From Sphyrna mokarran (Eukaryota): DNA of 64,000 nt. Where the stretch lies: assembly GCA_024679065.1 (NCBI GenBank), contig JAGIQG010000023.1, forward strand, positions 10,292,001 to 10,356,000, in the 5' to 3' direction. Shown here piece after piece: positions 12,101 to 23,879 of this stretch (its first letter is position 1; the number at the start of each line of letters is the position of its first letter). The notes below the pieces were generated by a model, which was given only the letters and a program-made list of their open reading frames with translations, was not told where the DNA came from and made no database searches. A program made the translations under genes and the position numbers.

Positions 12101-12350
12101 CCAAAATTCCCAACATGCTTCATTGCAGCTCTGAACAATTCTTGTTGCTGCTGTTGTCATTGGCCACCCAGCTATAAAGACCATTGGTCTAATATCTTTT
12201 CAGGTCAAGTTCATCAGGCTGCTCTATTTCCATACCTCGGACCAATATGTCAGGAATTTGGACAATTTTCATATTTTGCCGGAAATATTATTCCTTTTGT
12301 TTTCTTACTATTCTTAACCTGACCACCAGGATTGATTCTGTGTTTATTCC
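9150..12350 (-). mobile_element. Probable degraded endogenous retrovirus/LTR-element remnant with env-like ORF, interrupted by a SINE
   Basis: Absent between the homologous anchors in gene B intron 1. Open frame 10216-10690 has RIKR, a Pro/Thr-rich segment and WCP. Polypurine tract AAGAGGAGGGA near 9325-9335 on the minus strand. Diverged direct repeat 9225-9322 vs 12075-12178. Confidence 0.45.
10690..10988 (+). mobile_element. HE1-like V-SINE
   Basis: tRNA-like head, V-domain core and gattctatg tail. Confidence 0.85.
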
Positions 12351-12967
12351 CCTCCAGGTTCTGCTCAGTGATCAGTCTCCAAGTTTCTGAACCTTCTCAG
12401 CTTTCTGCCTTTCTATGCTCTTGTTTGCCTGAACCTCCCCTTTCCAAATCCTCCTTCAGAACAGGACGCAGAGAACAATGACAAGAGGTTGAAAATTCAC
12501 TTGACTATTTACAGTTCACTGGTTGAATTGGAGAAGACTCTGAATTAAGTTGTTGCTGCTGTTTGAAAGGAAAGACTGCATTTTCATAGCGCCGTTGTTG
12601 TAATGTAGAAAATAAAACATCTTTTCCCTCAAACAACAACACAATAATCTTTTTTTTCAGCAGGATAAATATTGGTGAAGACACACTAGAGAATTCACCT
12701 TCTTTTCTTCACAATACCACCATGGGAAGGTTTACACCCACCCGGGAGGGCAGATAGTGTCATGATGGTTACCTGCCCATCTCCCACTTGCTGCAAAACA
12801 ATTCACCACCCCATTCATTGCAATTTGTCACCTGACCTCCCCATGAAATCTGCATCAGACCAAAAGAATCTGCTTTCAAACTATCCTCACTCCCATCATT
12901 CCAGTCCCATCCTTCCAAGGGGTTTCATTTCCCCCCAAGTCCGTCGCGGTACAATCCAGACCTCCAA

Positions 12968-13390
12968 GGGCAGCACGGTGGCACGGCGATTAGCACTGCT
13001 GCCTCACAGCGCCAGACACCTGGGTTCGATTTCCGGCTTGGGTCATGTCTTTGCACATTTTCCCTGTGTCTGCAGATGCAGAAGCCCATCTCCGGTCTTC
13101 TCCTGCTCTAGATGATTATGGGCTGACTTCCCCTCCAGGGACTAAAGTGGGGGAAAGGTTGATGGCCGGAAGGGCGCAGGGTGTTGCGGGAGTTCGGGCA
13201 ATCAGGTCTCTTCCAGATGCTCCAGTTTCCTCCCACATTCTGAAAGACGTGCTGGTTATGTGCATTGACCAGGCTAAATTCTCCATCAGTGCACCCGAAA
13301 ACGTGCCAGAGTGTGGCAACTGGGTGATTTTCACAGTAACTTCATTGCCGTGTTAACGTAAGCCTACTCGTGATACGAATAAATAAATAT
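12968..13390 (+). mobile_element. V-SINE (cacagtaacttcattgc-type tail) with an internal ~135 bp insert
   Basis: Head gggcagcacggtggcac, B-box gggttcgatttc, tail gtaagcctactcgtgatacgaataaataaa. Confidence 0.85.
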
Positions 13391-13968
13391 TAAACCAACA
13401 ATTTCCCTCAGTCATCAGCACCTCTTCCTCAGCTGTCATCTAAATCGATATCTAAGGCCTCCGGCCATCCTCCAAGGCCACCAATCCGTGCACCATCACC
13501 GAGGTTGGCAATCTTCACCTCCAGAAATCTCAAACTCACCCAAGATCTGAAAACCCCTCCTGCCAGAATTTAATGTGTGTGTCACATCCCATCCCTACTG
13601 CCTACACCACCTCTCAGATCAGATCAAGGATCTCTTTGTTCCTGTCATCTTCTTCAGATTGCTCACCAACTAACCGCAAATTAGGCCTGTCAGTTAGGTT
13701 TGTTTCTCAGTCTGAAATCTCTTGATGATGTCTCAAAATCACACTCTGGAGTGAATATCCACAATGTAAGGCAGAACTCCAATTTCCAGACCCCCCCCAC
13801 CCCCTCCCCGTTCACCCAGGCCCTGTCAGTGGGTCCCTAAGACTGTGATAAATGTTTATATTAATGTTTATTTTCATCACAAGCTAGGTGGAATTTGACT
13901 CATTAGAATGTCTGTGTTTGAACGAAGCAATTGTTTCCCGTTCAATTGCTGAAATGTTGTCTCCTCAG

Positions 13969-14280
13969 TTTCAGGTGCATTTCGGGCAAAAAAGGAAATA
14001 ACAGGAATTGTGGGAAGAGCGATCACAATCCATTGTCACTATGATGTGTGGTACCAGTCAAATGTAAAATATTGTTGTCGTGGCTGGAATCGCTGGTGTG
14101 ATATTGTAGCAACAACAAATGGGCAAAATGGCAGAATATCAATCACAGATTACAAGTCACAAGGAATAGTCGTTGTCACTATGAAGGATCTTCGCTCAGA
14201 AGATGCAGGATGGTACAGATGTGGTATTGTAACACGTGGTCGCAAACAAATGTGTAAAGTAAAGCTACAGATATCTAACG
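13969..14280 (+). CDS. Gene A exon: V-set Ig domain V1 (CD300/pIgR-like)
   Basis: ctcctcag acceptor, 312 nt, phase 1-1, G|gtatgt donor. VSGAFRAKKEITGIVGRAITIHCHY...KYCCRGWNRWC...DAGWYRCG...KLQISN. Confidence 0.9.
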
Positions 14281-14744
14281 GTATGTTATTCTCAGCGATG
14301 ACTTTTATTACTTGAGGAAGATCCTATGAATGAAGGTTTTGTGAATCCTCACTTCTGTGGTGAATTCCGACCTGGTTCTCCACCACGGCCTCCTGTGAAA
14401 ACTCCAGTCCATGCTCCTCAAAGGAAGTCAGGAGATGCAGCTCAGGAAGCCCATCTCCTGTCTTCTCCTGCTCGAGGCGATTATGGGCGACTTCCCCCTG
14501 CAGGGACTTAAGTTGAAATGGAAAGGCTAATGGCCAGAGGGGAGCAGGGTGTTGCAGGAGTTTGGGCAATCAGGTGGCACATGTTGGGACCATGCCTGAG
14601 AAGGCAGGAGTTGGAATGGGGGTGTTGGCGGTGCTAGAGATTTTGGCAGCAGGTGTTAGGGGTTTGATGATGGAAGGCCATGGGATGGAGTGCATCAACA
14701 TAGACCTTCCAGACAGAGGACACTGATGGCAGGGCAGGATGGAC

Positions 14745-14970
14745 ACTTACCCGTGCTGACAGAAAGCGGTCATTCATTTCTTTTCTGCACTAGGCCGTGT
14801 TCCTTCACTGCCACTGCCGCTATCTCCCAGGCTGCATTGCCCGCTCAACCCCTGGGCCGCTGACCACCTGGAGGGAAGAATCTTATCCTTCTCTCCTCGC
14901 AGCTTCCAACTGTTGCCTTAGCTCTCTCTCTCGGTGAAGTGTGGAGCTACCCCTCACGGCGCCAGTTTCC
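14745..14970 (-). mobile_element. Degenerate Myb/SANT-like ORF, probably a PIF/Harbinger transposon remnant
   Basis: Minus strand reads across frameshifts VAPHFTERE/LRQQLEA/EERRIRFFP...AAWEIAAVAV/RNTA*CRKEMND..SAR and is followed by gtaagt. Confidence 0.55.
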
Positions 14971-15342
14971 TCCTGTACCAGTCCATTGTTACAGCTTGAA
15001 TTCAGCTCCCACTTATTGACGACGCATAGCTATGATCACTCTGGGTGAGTCACCTGCCTGGAGATTCCATAATGACCTGACTCACATGGTGGCTCTTTCA
15101 TTGCACTTTATTTAATGTGAGAAGGAATCATTTCGAAGTCTATTCATTGTCTTTAACAGTTCAAAGTTGTGGGCAGTAATTGGAGATTCTCTTATAACGA
15201 GACAGAAGATTTCCATATCCGGTGAACATCATAGAGATGAGAGCGTTTTATTGACCCCATTAACCACGTCATTTTGATGTTTTATGCATCCTTTGAGATT
15301 TTATTTGATTCGAAATCTCTTTAAGAGGTTAATTAATTATGA

Positions 15343-15540
15343 TTTGATTTGATTTAGTATTGTCACATGTATTAGTATACATTGAAAAGTATTGTTTCTT
15401 GCACGCTAGACAGAAAAAGCATACTGTTCATAGAAAAGGAAAGGAGAGAATGCAGAATGTAGTGTTACTGTCCGTAATTTGGGTGTAAAGAATGATCAAC
15501 CGCATGTGAGATAGGTTCATTCAAATGTTTGATGGCGGCA
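15343..15540 (-). mobile_element. LINE 3' tail fragment (related copies 18175-18375 minus, 30930-31065 plus, 56880-57010 plus)
   Basis: Minus strand ends ...tactaatacatgtgacaatactaaatcaaatcaaa. Confidence 0.6.
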
Positions 15541-16268
15541 GGGAGTTATCCCTCAAATTGTTTTAGTTTTGTTTGTTGCCCCGAAATGCAATATCGAGAT
15601 ACAAGGTGAGATTTTCCACTCATCCCACACATTCTCTCCCCATCTTCCAGTGTCAGGGTGGGAACAATCTAGCTCAACCTCAGAGAACTGGAACCAATCA
15701 AATCTACACATTGAAAGCTCCAAAACATCGAACACAAATCTGGCAATTTGTGTTCATTTTTTGCCATAGATTATTTCAGGCTCTCACCAACTAATCCACA
15801 TTCAAAACAAAAACAATGAAATAGTAATGAAGCTCATTCTTCAGAGATGTTGCCCCTTCAGGATCAGGGTCAGGCAGCTGTGGGATTTTCAAGGATAAAG
15901 TAAACTCACCCGGGTTTGCCCCCTCGCTGTCTCCATTCTCAGATCAGCAAGTCCCACCTCAGCCAGGTGAGAGCCTCCAGCACCAGGATCCCACCCACTC
16001 TGCCTGATTGGATGATCACATCAGGCCCTGGCCTTTAATTGGCTGGAGCATTGGAGATAGCAATGGGCATTTCCAAAGAGCAATGTGCGGTGTCTGGGCC
16101 CAGACTCTCTCCTGTGTCCCATTCCCAAATCCTGATTAAACACCCACCTCATGGAGATGTCAGAATCCAACATGGTAATCTCTGGCTGAGACAGTGAAGG
16201 GGACAACAAGAAGGTATTTGATGTTTGGATGTTCATTCAGTATCTGAATGATTATTTCCTTCCTACAG

Positions 16269-16592
16269 AACCCGTCTCTGTTCCTGTGCTCCAATTTTTG
16301 ACACCACTTTATGTCTCACTTCCTGGGGGCTCAGTGTCCATCTCCTGTAAGTCTGTCCAGGGATCACTTCCCATTCAGTACACATGGTATGAAAAGACCC
16401 CGTCTGAAGATTCAAAGATCTCTGACACCAATAAACTGGATATACATTGTCAATCCTTCACACAGCAACATCATCAATATTACTGCACAGCCTCAAATAA
16501 CCAGGGAGAAAAATCGAGCGAAATGGTTGTAGTGTCAGTGATCAACAGATCAGGGGAGAATTGCAGTTATAAGATACAAGATAGCCATCATG
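16269..16592 (+). CDS. Gene A exon: C2-type Ig domain C1
   Basis: tcctacag acceptor, 324 nt, phase 1-1, G|gtaagt. EPVSVPVL...SVSISCKSVQGSLPIQYTWY...YYCTASN...ENCSY. Confidence 0.9.
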
Positions 16593-17146
16593 GTAAGTGT
16601 TATTTTATCCAAATAATACGGTTGATGTTTTTTATATTCTTGCATATTAATATATATTTGATTGGTTACATAATTGCATTAAGAGCCGATCTCTTGACTT
16701 GATGGTGATATCATTGTTGCTGCAAAGGCTGCTGTTTTAATTTCAGTTTGTACTCTGTGCAGGCAAGTCTTCTTGGAATAAACTTGTTGTGTATTACTTT
16801 GAAACTATGGGGACAAACTTACAAAAAATATTCTAAATCCAGGGCCTTTGTGAAAATGGAGGAGTTTCTGATCCATTTCTTTGGAGATTCCAAGCAACGG
16901 ATCAGAGTCCAGGGATGGGAAAGTCTCTGTCCACACACCATCACACACCCTGTCCCCCCACCCTGTCCCCCTCTCTTAATACATAAGTGCCAAAAAAAAT
17001 TTCCCCTTAGAAATTTTTGGTCAGATCACTCCCATATAATGTGATAAATTTCTATATTAAGGATTACTTTCAAGTGGAATTTAACATGTATATGTTTGAA
17101 TGAAATAGTTATTCTCTGTTCAATTCTTGAAAAGTTGTCTCCTCAG

Positions 17147-17452
17147 GTGCATTGTGGGCAGAAAGGGAAATAACAGGAATTGTGGGAAGAGCGATCACAA
17201 TCGATTGTCACTATGGGGCAGAGTACCGGTCAAATGTGAAATATTGGTGTCGCAGCTCAACTCAGAGGTGTGATGTTGTAGCAGCAACAAATCGGCAAAA
17301 TGGCAGAATATCAATCACAGATTATAAGACACAAGGAATATTTGTTGTCACAATGAAGGATCTTCGTTCAGGAGATGCAGGATGGTACAGCTGTGGAATT
17401 GAAGAACTTGGTCTCAATCCAATATATGACGTAAAACTACAAATATCTAATG
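17147..17452 (+). CDS. Gene A exon: V-set Ig domain V2
   Basis: ctcctcag acceptor, 306 nt, G|gtacat. CHYGAEYRSNVKYWCRSSTQRC...DAGWYSCGIEELGLNPIY. Confidence 0.9.
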
Positions 17453-19109
17453 GTACATTATTCTCAGTGATGACTTTTATTACTTGAGAAGGTCCTATGA
17501 ATGAAGGTTTTGTGGTTCCTCACATCTGTTGTGAACCATGACCTGGTTGTCCAATTTGGCCTCCTGTGAAAACTCCAGTCCACTCTTTTCGTTGGAAGTC
17601 AGGAGATGCAGCTCAGGAAGCCCATCTCCGGCCTTCTCCTGCTCTAGGCAATTATGGGCGACTTCCCCTCAGAGACGAAAGTGGAGATTGAAAAACTGCT
17701 GACTAGAAGGGTGCAGAGTGTCGGGGGATTGCAATCGGGGTGGCGCATGTTGGGACCGTGCCTCAGGAGGCTGGAGTTGGAATTGGGGTTTGGGGCCAGA
17801 GATTTTGGAGGCAGATGTTAGGGGTTCAGATGCTGGAAGACCATGGGTTTTTAGGGAATGCATCAACATGGGCACTCCAGGACATTCCAGAGGGTACTGA
17901 TGGCAGGACAGGATAGACACTCACTTCATTGCACTTTATTTAATGTGAGAAAGGAATTCTTTAAATGTTTATTCATTGCCTTTAACCGTACAAAGTGGTG
18001 GGCAGTAATGGAGATTCCCATACGTTTCTATAACGAGACAGAGGTCTTCCATGCCCAGTGGATATCACGGGGGTGACAGTGTTTTACTGACCATGTTAAC
18101 CACATGTCATTTTGATGTTGCATGTCCCTTTTGAGATTTTATTTGATTCAATATCTCTTTAAGAGGCTAATTAGTTTTGATTTGATTTATTACTGTCACA
18201 TGTATTACTATAGAATGAAAAGTATTGTTTCTTGAGCACTACACAGACAAAGCATGCTGTTCATAGAGAAGGAAAGGAGAAAGTGCAGAATGTAGTGTTA
18301 CAGTCATAGCTAGGATGTAGAGAAAGATCAACTGCTTATGAGGTAGGTCCATTCAAAAGTCTAATGACATCGGGGAATTATCCCTCAACTTGTTGATTTA
18401 GTTTCATTTGTTATCCCAAAATACAACACCAAGGTACAGGGTGAGATTTTCTATTCATCCCACTCATTTTCTCCCCCCCCCCTTCCGGTGTCAGGGTGGG
18501 AATGTTCCAGCTCAACCGCAGAGGACTGTAACCAATCAAATCTACATTCCCATGGAGTGCTCTAAAACATCAAACAGAAATCTGGTAATTTTGGTTCATT
18601 TTCTGCCGTGGGTTATTTCAGGCTCTTACCAACTCATTCACATTCAAGACAAGAACAATGAAACAGCATTGAAGCTCATTCTTCAGAGACACTGCCCCAT
18701 CAGGATCAGGGTCAGGCAGCTGTGGGATTTTCAAGGTTAAAGTAAACACCCGGGTTTGCCCCCTCGCTGTCTCCATTCTCAGATCCGCAACTCCCACCTC
18801 AGCCAGGTGAGAGCCTCCAGCACCAAGACCCCACCCACTCTCCCTGATTGGATGATCACATCAGGCTCTGGCCTTTAATTGGCTGGAGCATTGGAGATAA
18901 CAATGAGCATTCCTAAAGTGCAACTTGTGGTGTCTGGGCCCAGACTCTCTCCTGTGTCCCGTTCCCAAATCCTGATTAAACACCCACTTCCATGGAGATG
19001 ACAGAATCCAACATGGTGACCCCTGGCTGAGATACTGAAGGAGAAAACAAAAAGGTATTTGATGTTTGGATGTTCATTCGGTATCTGAATGATTACTTCC
19101 TTCCTACAG

Positions 19110-19433
19110 AACCCATCTCTGTTCCTGTGCTCCAATTTTTGACACCACTTTATGTCTCACTTCCTGGGGGCTCAGTGTCCATCTCCTGTAAGTCTGTCGA
19201 GGGATCACTTCCCATCCAGTACACATGGTATGAAAAGACCCCGTTTGAAGATTCAAAGATCTCTGGCACCGATAAACTGGATCTACATTGTCAATCCTTC
19301 ACACAGCGACATCATCAATATTACTGCATAGCCTCGAATTACCAGGGAGAAAAATTGAGCGAAATGGTTAACGTGTCAGTGATCAACAGATCAGGGGAGA
19401 ATTGCAGTTATGAGGTACAATATAGACACAGTG
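19110..19433 (+). CDS. Gene A exon: C2-type Ig domain C2
   Basis: 324 nt, phase 1-1, close paralog of 16269-16592, G|gtaagt. Confidence 0.9.
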
Positions 19434-20794
19434 GTAAGTGTTATTTTACCTGAACAATATGATTGATTTTTTTTATAATCTTGCCTATACATATATATTT
19501 GATTGGTTACATAATTGTATTAAGAGTTGATCACATGACTTGATGGTGTTGTCATTAGGGTGTTGCAAAGGCTGCTGTTTTAATTTAGTTTGTACTCAGT
19601 GCAGTCAAGGCCTCCTGGAATAAACTAGTTGTGTGTTACTTTGAAACTATGGGGGCAAAGTTACCAAAACATTCTAAATCCAGGGCATGTGTGAAAATGG
19701 GACAGTTTCTGATCTATTTTTTGGGAGAGTCCAAATCTGAGATCTTGTACACTGCACACAGTGAAAAAAACAGCAAAAATTGTGACTTGCTTGTAGATCG
19801 AGGGGCCAAGGCTAAAATCACCAAAAGATTGACTGAGAGCAGCAGGGGGCACCATTGTGCATGTGCACCATTGTGTAAGAGCAGTCAGTCTACTGTTCTC
19901 AGCCAGAGAACAACCCAGCCTGCATGAACCAATCAACCATGTGATCTCCTTCCCTGACTTGTCTGAATCCCTTTCCCTCTCTCCACTGATTGCAAGGCAG
20001 AGTGGCAGTAGACTTCTCCCCCTTTCCCCTCCCTAATTGTCCTGCCCCTCTCTACCTCAATGATCACTATACAAAATGAGTAGTGGTTCCCCCTCCACCC
20101 TCTCACCACCGATTGGCCATATCTAGTCTGGCCTAGCACCCATAATATGTCAGGCCCCCTCAGGTTCCACACCTTTGGAACTGCCCTGTACCCATTAGGC
20201 AGTGCCAGTGTGCAGTGCCAGGGTGCCAGGCTGGTCTCCATGGTAAAAAGGAAGTCATTTTAGCAAGTATATCTATAGTTGCTGACCATATTTAAAGTGG
20301 CCATTAAGTCTGTCAGAGGAATGTTGTTTATTTGGAACCAAAACAGTGATAAGTTACACATTAATGTTATTTCCTTTTCACTTTTAAGTATTCCTCAACT
20401 GTTGATAATTAAGTTGTGTAGGAATTCAGTAAAGAAAAAGAAAATATAGAGTAGTCTCAATTTGCTGTGTCTGCAAAAGGAATGGCAAGTCAATCAGGAT
20501 TTATGGGATCGTTCAATTCAAAACATTTATCAGTGATTTCCTACAGCATTCCCTTCCAGCCGTGTGCTGCAGTTCAGGCACACGGAGCAGGAACAAACTC
20601 CTGATTATCACAAGATGGGTTCCTATTCACTGCAGAGTACAGGCAGTGTGTGTATCTGTATTAACATGAGTGCCCCTGCTTGGAGCACCAGCTGCCTGTA
20701 TTGATCAGCCCTCAAGTACCACATGGTGCCTTTCCCGCTCCGCCCAACTCAAACTCCAGCACTCAGTTCAGTCCTTCAACACACCCCACAGGCA

Positions 20795-21065
20795 GGACAA
20801 TGGAACATCCCTGTGCCTGGAAGCAGCAGTCCTCCCCCATCCAGCAGTTAGTTAAGTCAATGGTAACAATAATGGAACGTCCCAGGGACTGGAGACAGCA
20901 CCTCCAGCACTTAGTAAATTTGCCCCCTCCAACCCAGCAATGATGACAATGGAACATCCCCGTGCCTGGAAACAGCAGCACCCACATCCTCCAGCACTTA
21001 GCAAAGTCCACCATCCCACAAAGACAACCAAGGCATATCCCTGGGACTGAGAACAGCACTCAATG
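20795..21065 (+). repeat. Degenerate minisatellite, ~4 units of ~75 bp
   Basis: Recurrent a(c/t)aatggaac(a/g)tccc..g..ctgga..cagca. Confidence 0.6.
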
Positions 21066-21865
21066 AATTTCCCCACCCCACCCAGAAAGTTTCCAGCCCC
21101 TGCCTCCAACCCTCCCTTGCACTCCAGCGGCTGCAGCTCCATCACACTTCCCTCCTTACTCCTCAATCAAAAATATGCAAAAAAAACGTTGCAACGGGTC
21201 ACGCTAAATTCTCCCTCAGTATACCCAACCTGGTGCTGGAGCATGGCGACTAGAGGATTTTCACAGTAGCTTCATTGCAGTGTGAAAATGTGCCTACTTG
21301 TGACTAATAAATAAAGTTGAACTTCACTTCAGCATTTTCATGCCAACTTTCATTGAGCAATTGTAAACCCTGCCAGCATGATGTCATGCCGGAGAAGAGG
21401 GAGACACTAGCAGGGGTTGCAGAATTTAATGACTGACTCACTAATTATATGCAACGTTATGGTAATGCATGTAAATTGCTGCTGTCCCGATTTTCAGCAC
21501 AAATCTGTTTGCGCTGAGAAACGTAGGCTGGGAGACCCGCAGAGGCCCGACTGCCCGGTGAGAAGCCTGTGAAAGGGCTTCTGCTAATGTCTCCCATCCT
21601 GCCGTGCTACACGAGCAGATGGATGAAAGAATTGCCATCTCCCTGCACCCCCACCCCATCCCTTGATGTTTAAGTCCCCCAAAGAAAGCGTGATTTGCTC
21701 CTGTTTTCATGATTTAGAATTTTTGTGGTCAGATCACCCCACCACCATAACATGATAAATTTTGATATTAAGGATTACTTTCAGATGAAATTTAACTCAT
21801 TAGAATATATGAGTTTGAATCAAGCAGTTATTCCCCGTTCAATTCCTGAAATGTTGTCTCCTCAG

Positions 21866-22171
21866 ATGTACTGTGGGCAGAAAGGGAAATAACGGGAATT
21901 GTGGGAAGAGCGATCACAATCCATTGTCATTATGGGGCAGAGTACCGGTCAAATGTGAAATATTGGTGTCGCGGCTGGAGTGAGCAGTGTGACGTTGTAG
22001 CAGCAACAAATCAGCAAAATGGTGGAATATCAATCACAGATAACAAGATACAAGGAGTATTCGTTGTCACTATGAAGGATCTTCGCTCAGAAGATGCAGG
22101 ATGGTACAGCTGTGGAATTGAAACATCCGACCTCGATCCATTGTATAACGTAAAACTACAAATATCTAATG
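21866..22171 (+). CDS. Gene A exon: V-set Ig domain V3
   Basis: ctcctcag acceptor, 306 nt, G|gtacat. KYWCRGWSEQC...DAGWYSCGIETSDLDPLY. Confidence 0.9.
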
Positions 22172-23879
22172 GTACATTTCACTGTATTGACTTTATTGCT
22201 TGCAACTGAAATGTCAGATCAATGGCTGGAATTATACATACAAAGATTGGGGGTGGGGCTCCAGTAGTGCAGCGGGCCAGGAACTGTCAGCGGAGGCCAT
22301 TTTGCGGGCTTCCTGCTGGGTGTCATGGCTTCCACATATCTCCAAGACTACGTTTTTTTGACATAATCGCTCCGCGCCAGAAATCTCTGTTTCCACATGA
22401 TTAGCGGGCCTGGGAATAAATTCCCCGTGCCCGCTAGCGTCTGCCCTACCCCTCCGGGAGTGGTCCCCTCCAGAGCATTTACTACTACTCTCCACTAACG
22501 GGGAACAAGCAGCCCACTCCCGCTGGATGGAAGAGAGGCCATTAAGATCTTCCTGGCAGGTTGGGGAGTATGGGGAAGGTCCATTGGTCAGTGCCAGCCA
22601 GATAATACCAGCCTGACACCCTACCACTGCCAAAGGGGCAAACTGACACTACCCAATAGGCATTGGGCTGTGCAAGGGGCAGGGCAATAGGGAGTGGGAT
22701 CTTTTGGGTGAATATCGTACTGGGATGGGGTGGGGGAGGAACCTGTTGCCACTCTGCCAGATTGGGTGGGGAGAGGGAGGGAATGAGGGTGATTGGGTTG
22801 GCCATCAGGGCAAGGGAGTTCAGTGCTGCTGGGGAGGAAGTTTCTCAGGGATGGCCATTGGAGATGGGGTGCCATGAATATCGGAGGGGAGTTCCGGGCT
22901 GACAGAGTGGGGAGGGGGAACATGAGGGCTGATCATCAGGATTAGGGGTTAGGTTGGGACTGTCCAAGGAGGTCGGGGAGATCAGAGGCTGGCTGAGGGT
23001 GGGGGACATAGGGGCTGGTGCAGGAGGTCCAGGATGCTAGTGATCAAAGGGTGGGAGAGTCAGAGACAGCAATGGTGGATTGCAGGACTGACCAGCGGTC
23101 AGGAAGCCAGCAATGGGGGTATACGGTGGGACACTGTGCATGTACTGATCTCCATCCTGACAGGTCAGTGAATGCACAGTGGCCCAGTCAGTGCTCTGCT
23201 GCCAGCCTCTCAAGCAGAATAGGCCCCAGCCCCTGATTTTCAGAGTGAATCATGCTAGGGCACTCTGTGGTGCACAGACTGTTGGAGATTCGTGTTAGAA
23301 ATTTAAAAAATCCAGTGGGATTTTCCTGCACCTTGAAAATTTAATGTTTTTCAGAGAATCCCAGGTCTGTATCTGACCTGGATACATGAAAACTTTTGCC
23401 AGGTAAGCATCATTGTGTCCTTGCGCGATATTCTAGTTAGCGAGTATATGCATGAAGGGATCAAAGGTTAAGGGGAAAAGGCGAGAGAATCGGGTTGAGA
23501 AACATGATCAAATGATGAACAGACTTGATGGAGCGAATGGCCTAATTCTGCTCCTATTTCTAATGGGGTTATGGCCTTACTGAGTCAGAAGTATACCTGC
23601 CAACAATCCAAAAGTCAATTTAAATTAATGAAACACCAATTGTCCGGGATTTTAATTTGCCCGTCTGCCTTAACGGTTGGCCAATTGGCCAAGTAATCAT
23701 TATCTTTTAGCTGAAACAAAATTAAAATTGAAAAATCAGGCCACAATATGTTATTTTCTGTTGAGCAACGAATATCTGATATTATATTTCTCAGCGATTA
23801 TCTTTATTATTCTCAACTGAAATATCTGATCAATGTTTTATCTATGACAAAACATGACAGCTCCGAAATTCTGAGTCTG

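Noticed and set aside
20795-21065. Repeat-spacer pattern as a CRISPR-like array
   Set aside because: Eukaryotic intron, degenerate units with related spacers, no cas genes. An ordinary minisatellite.
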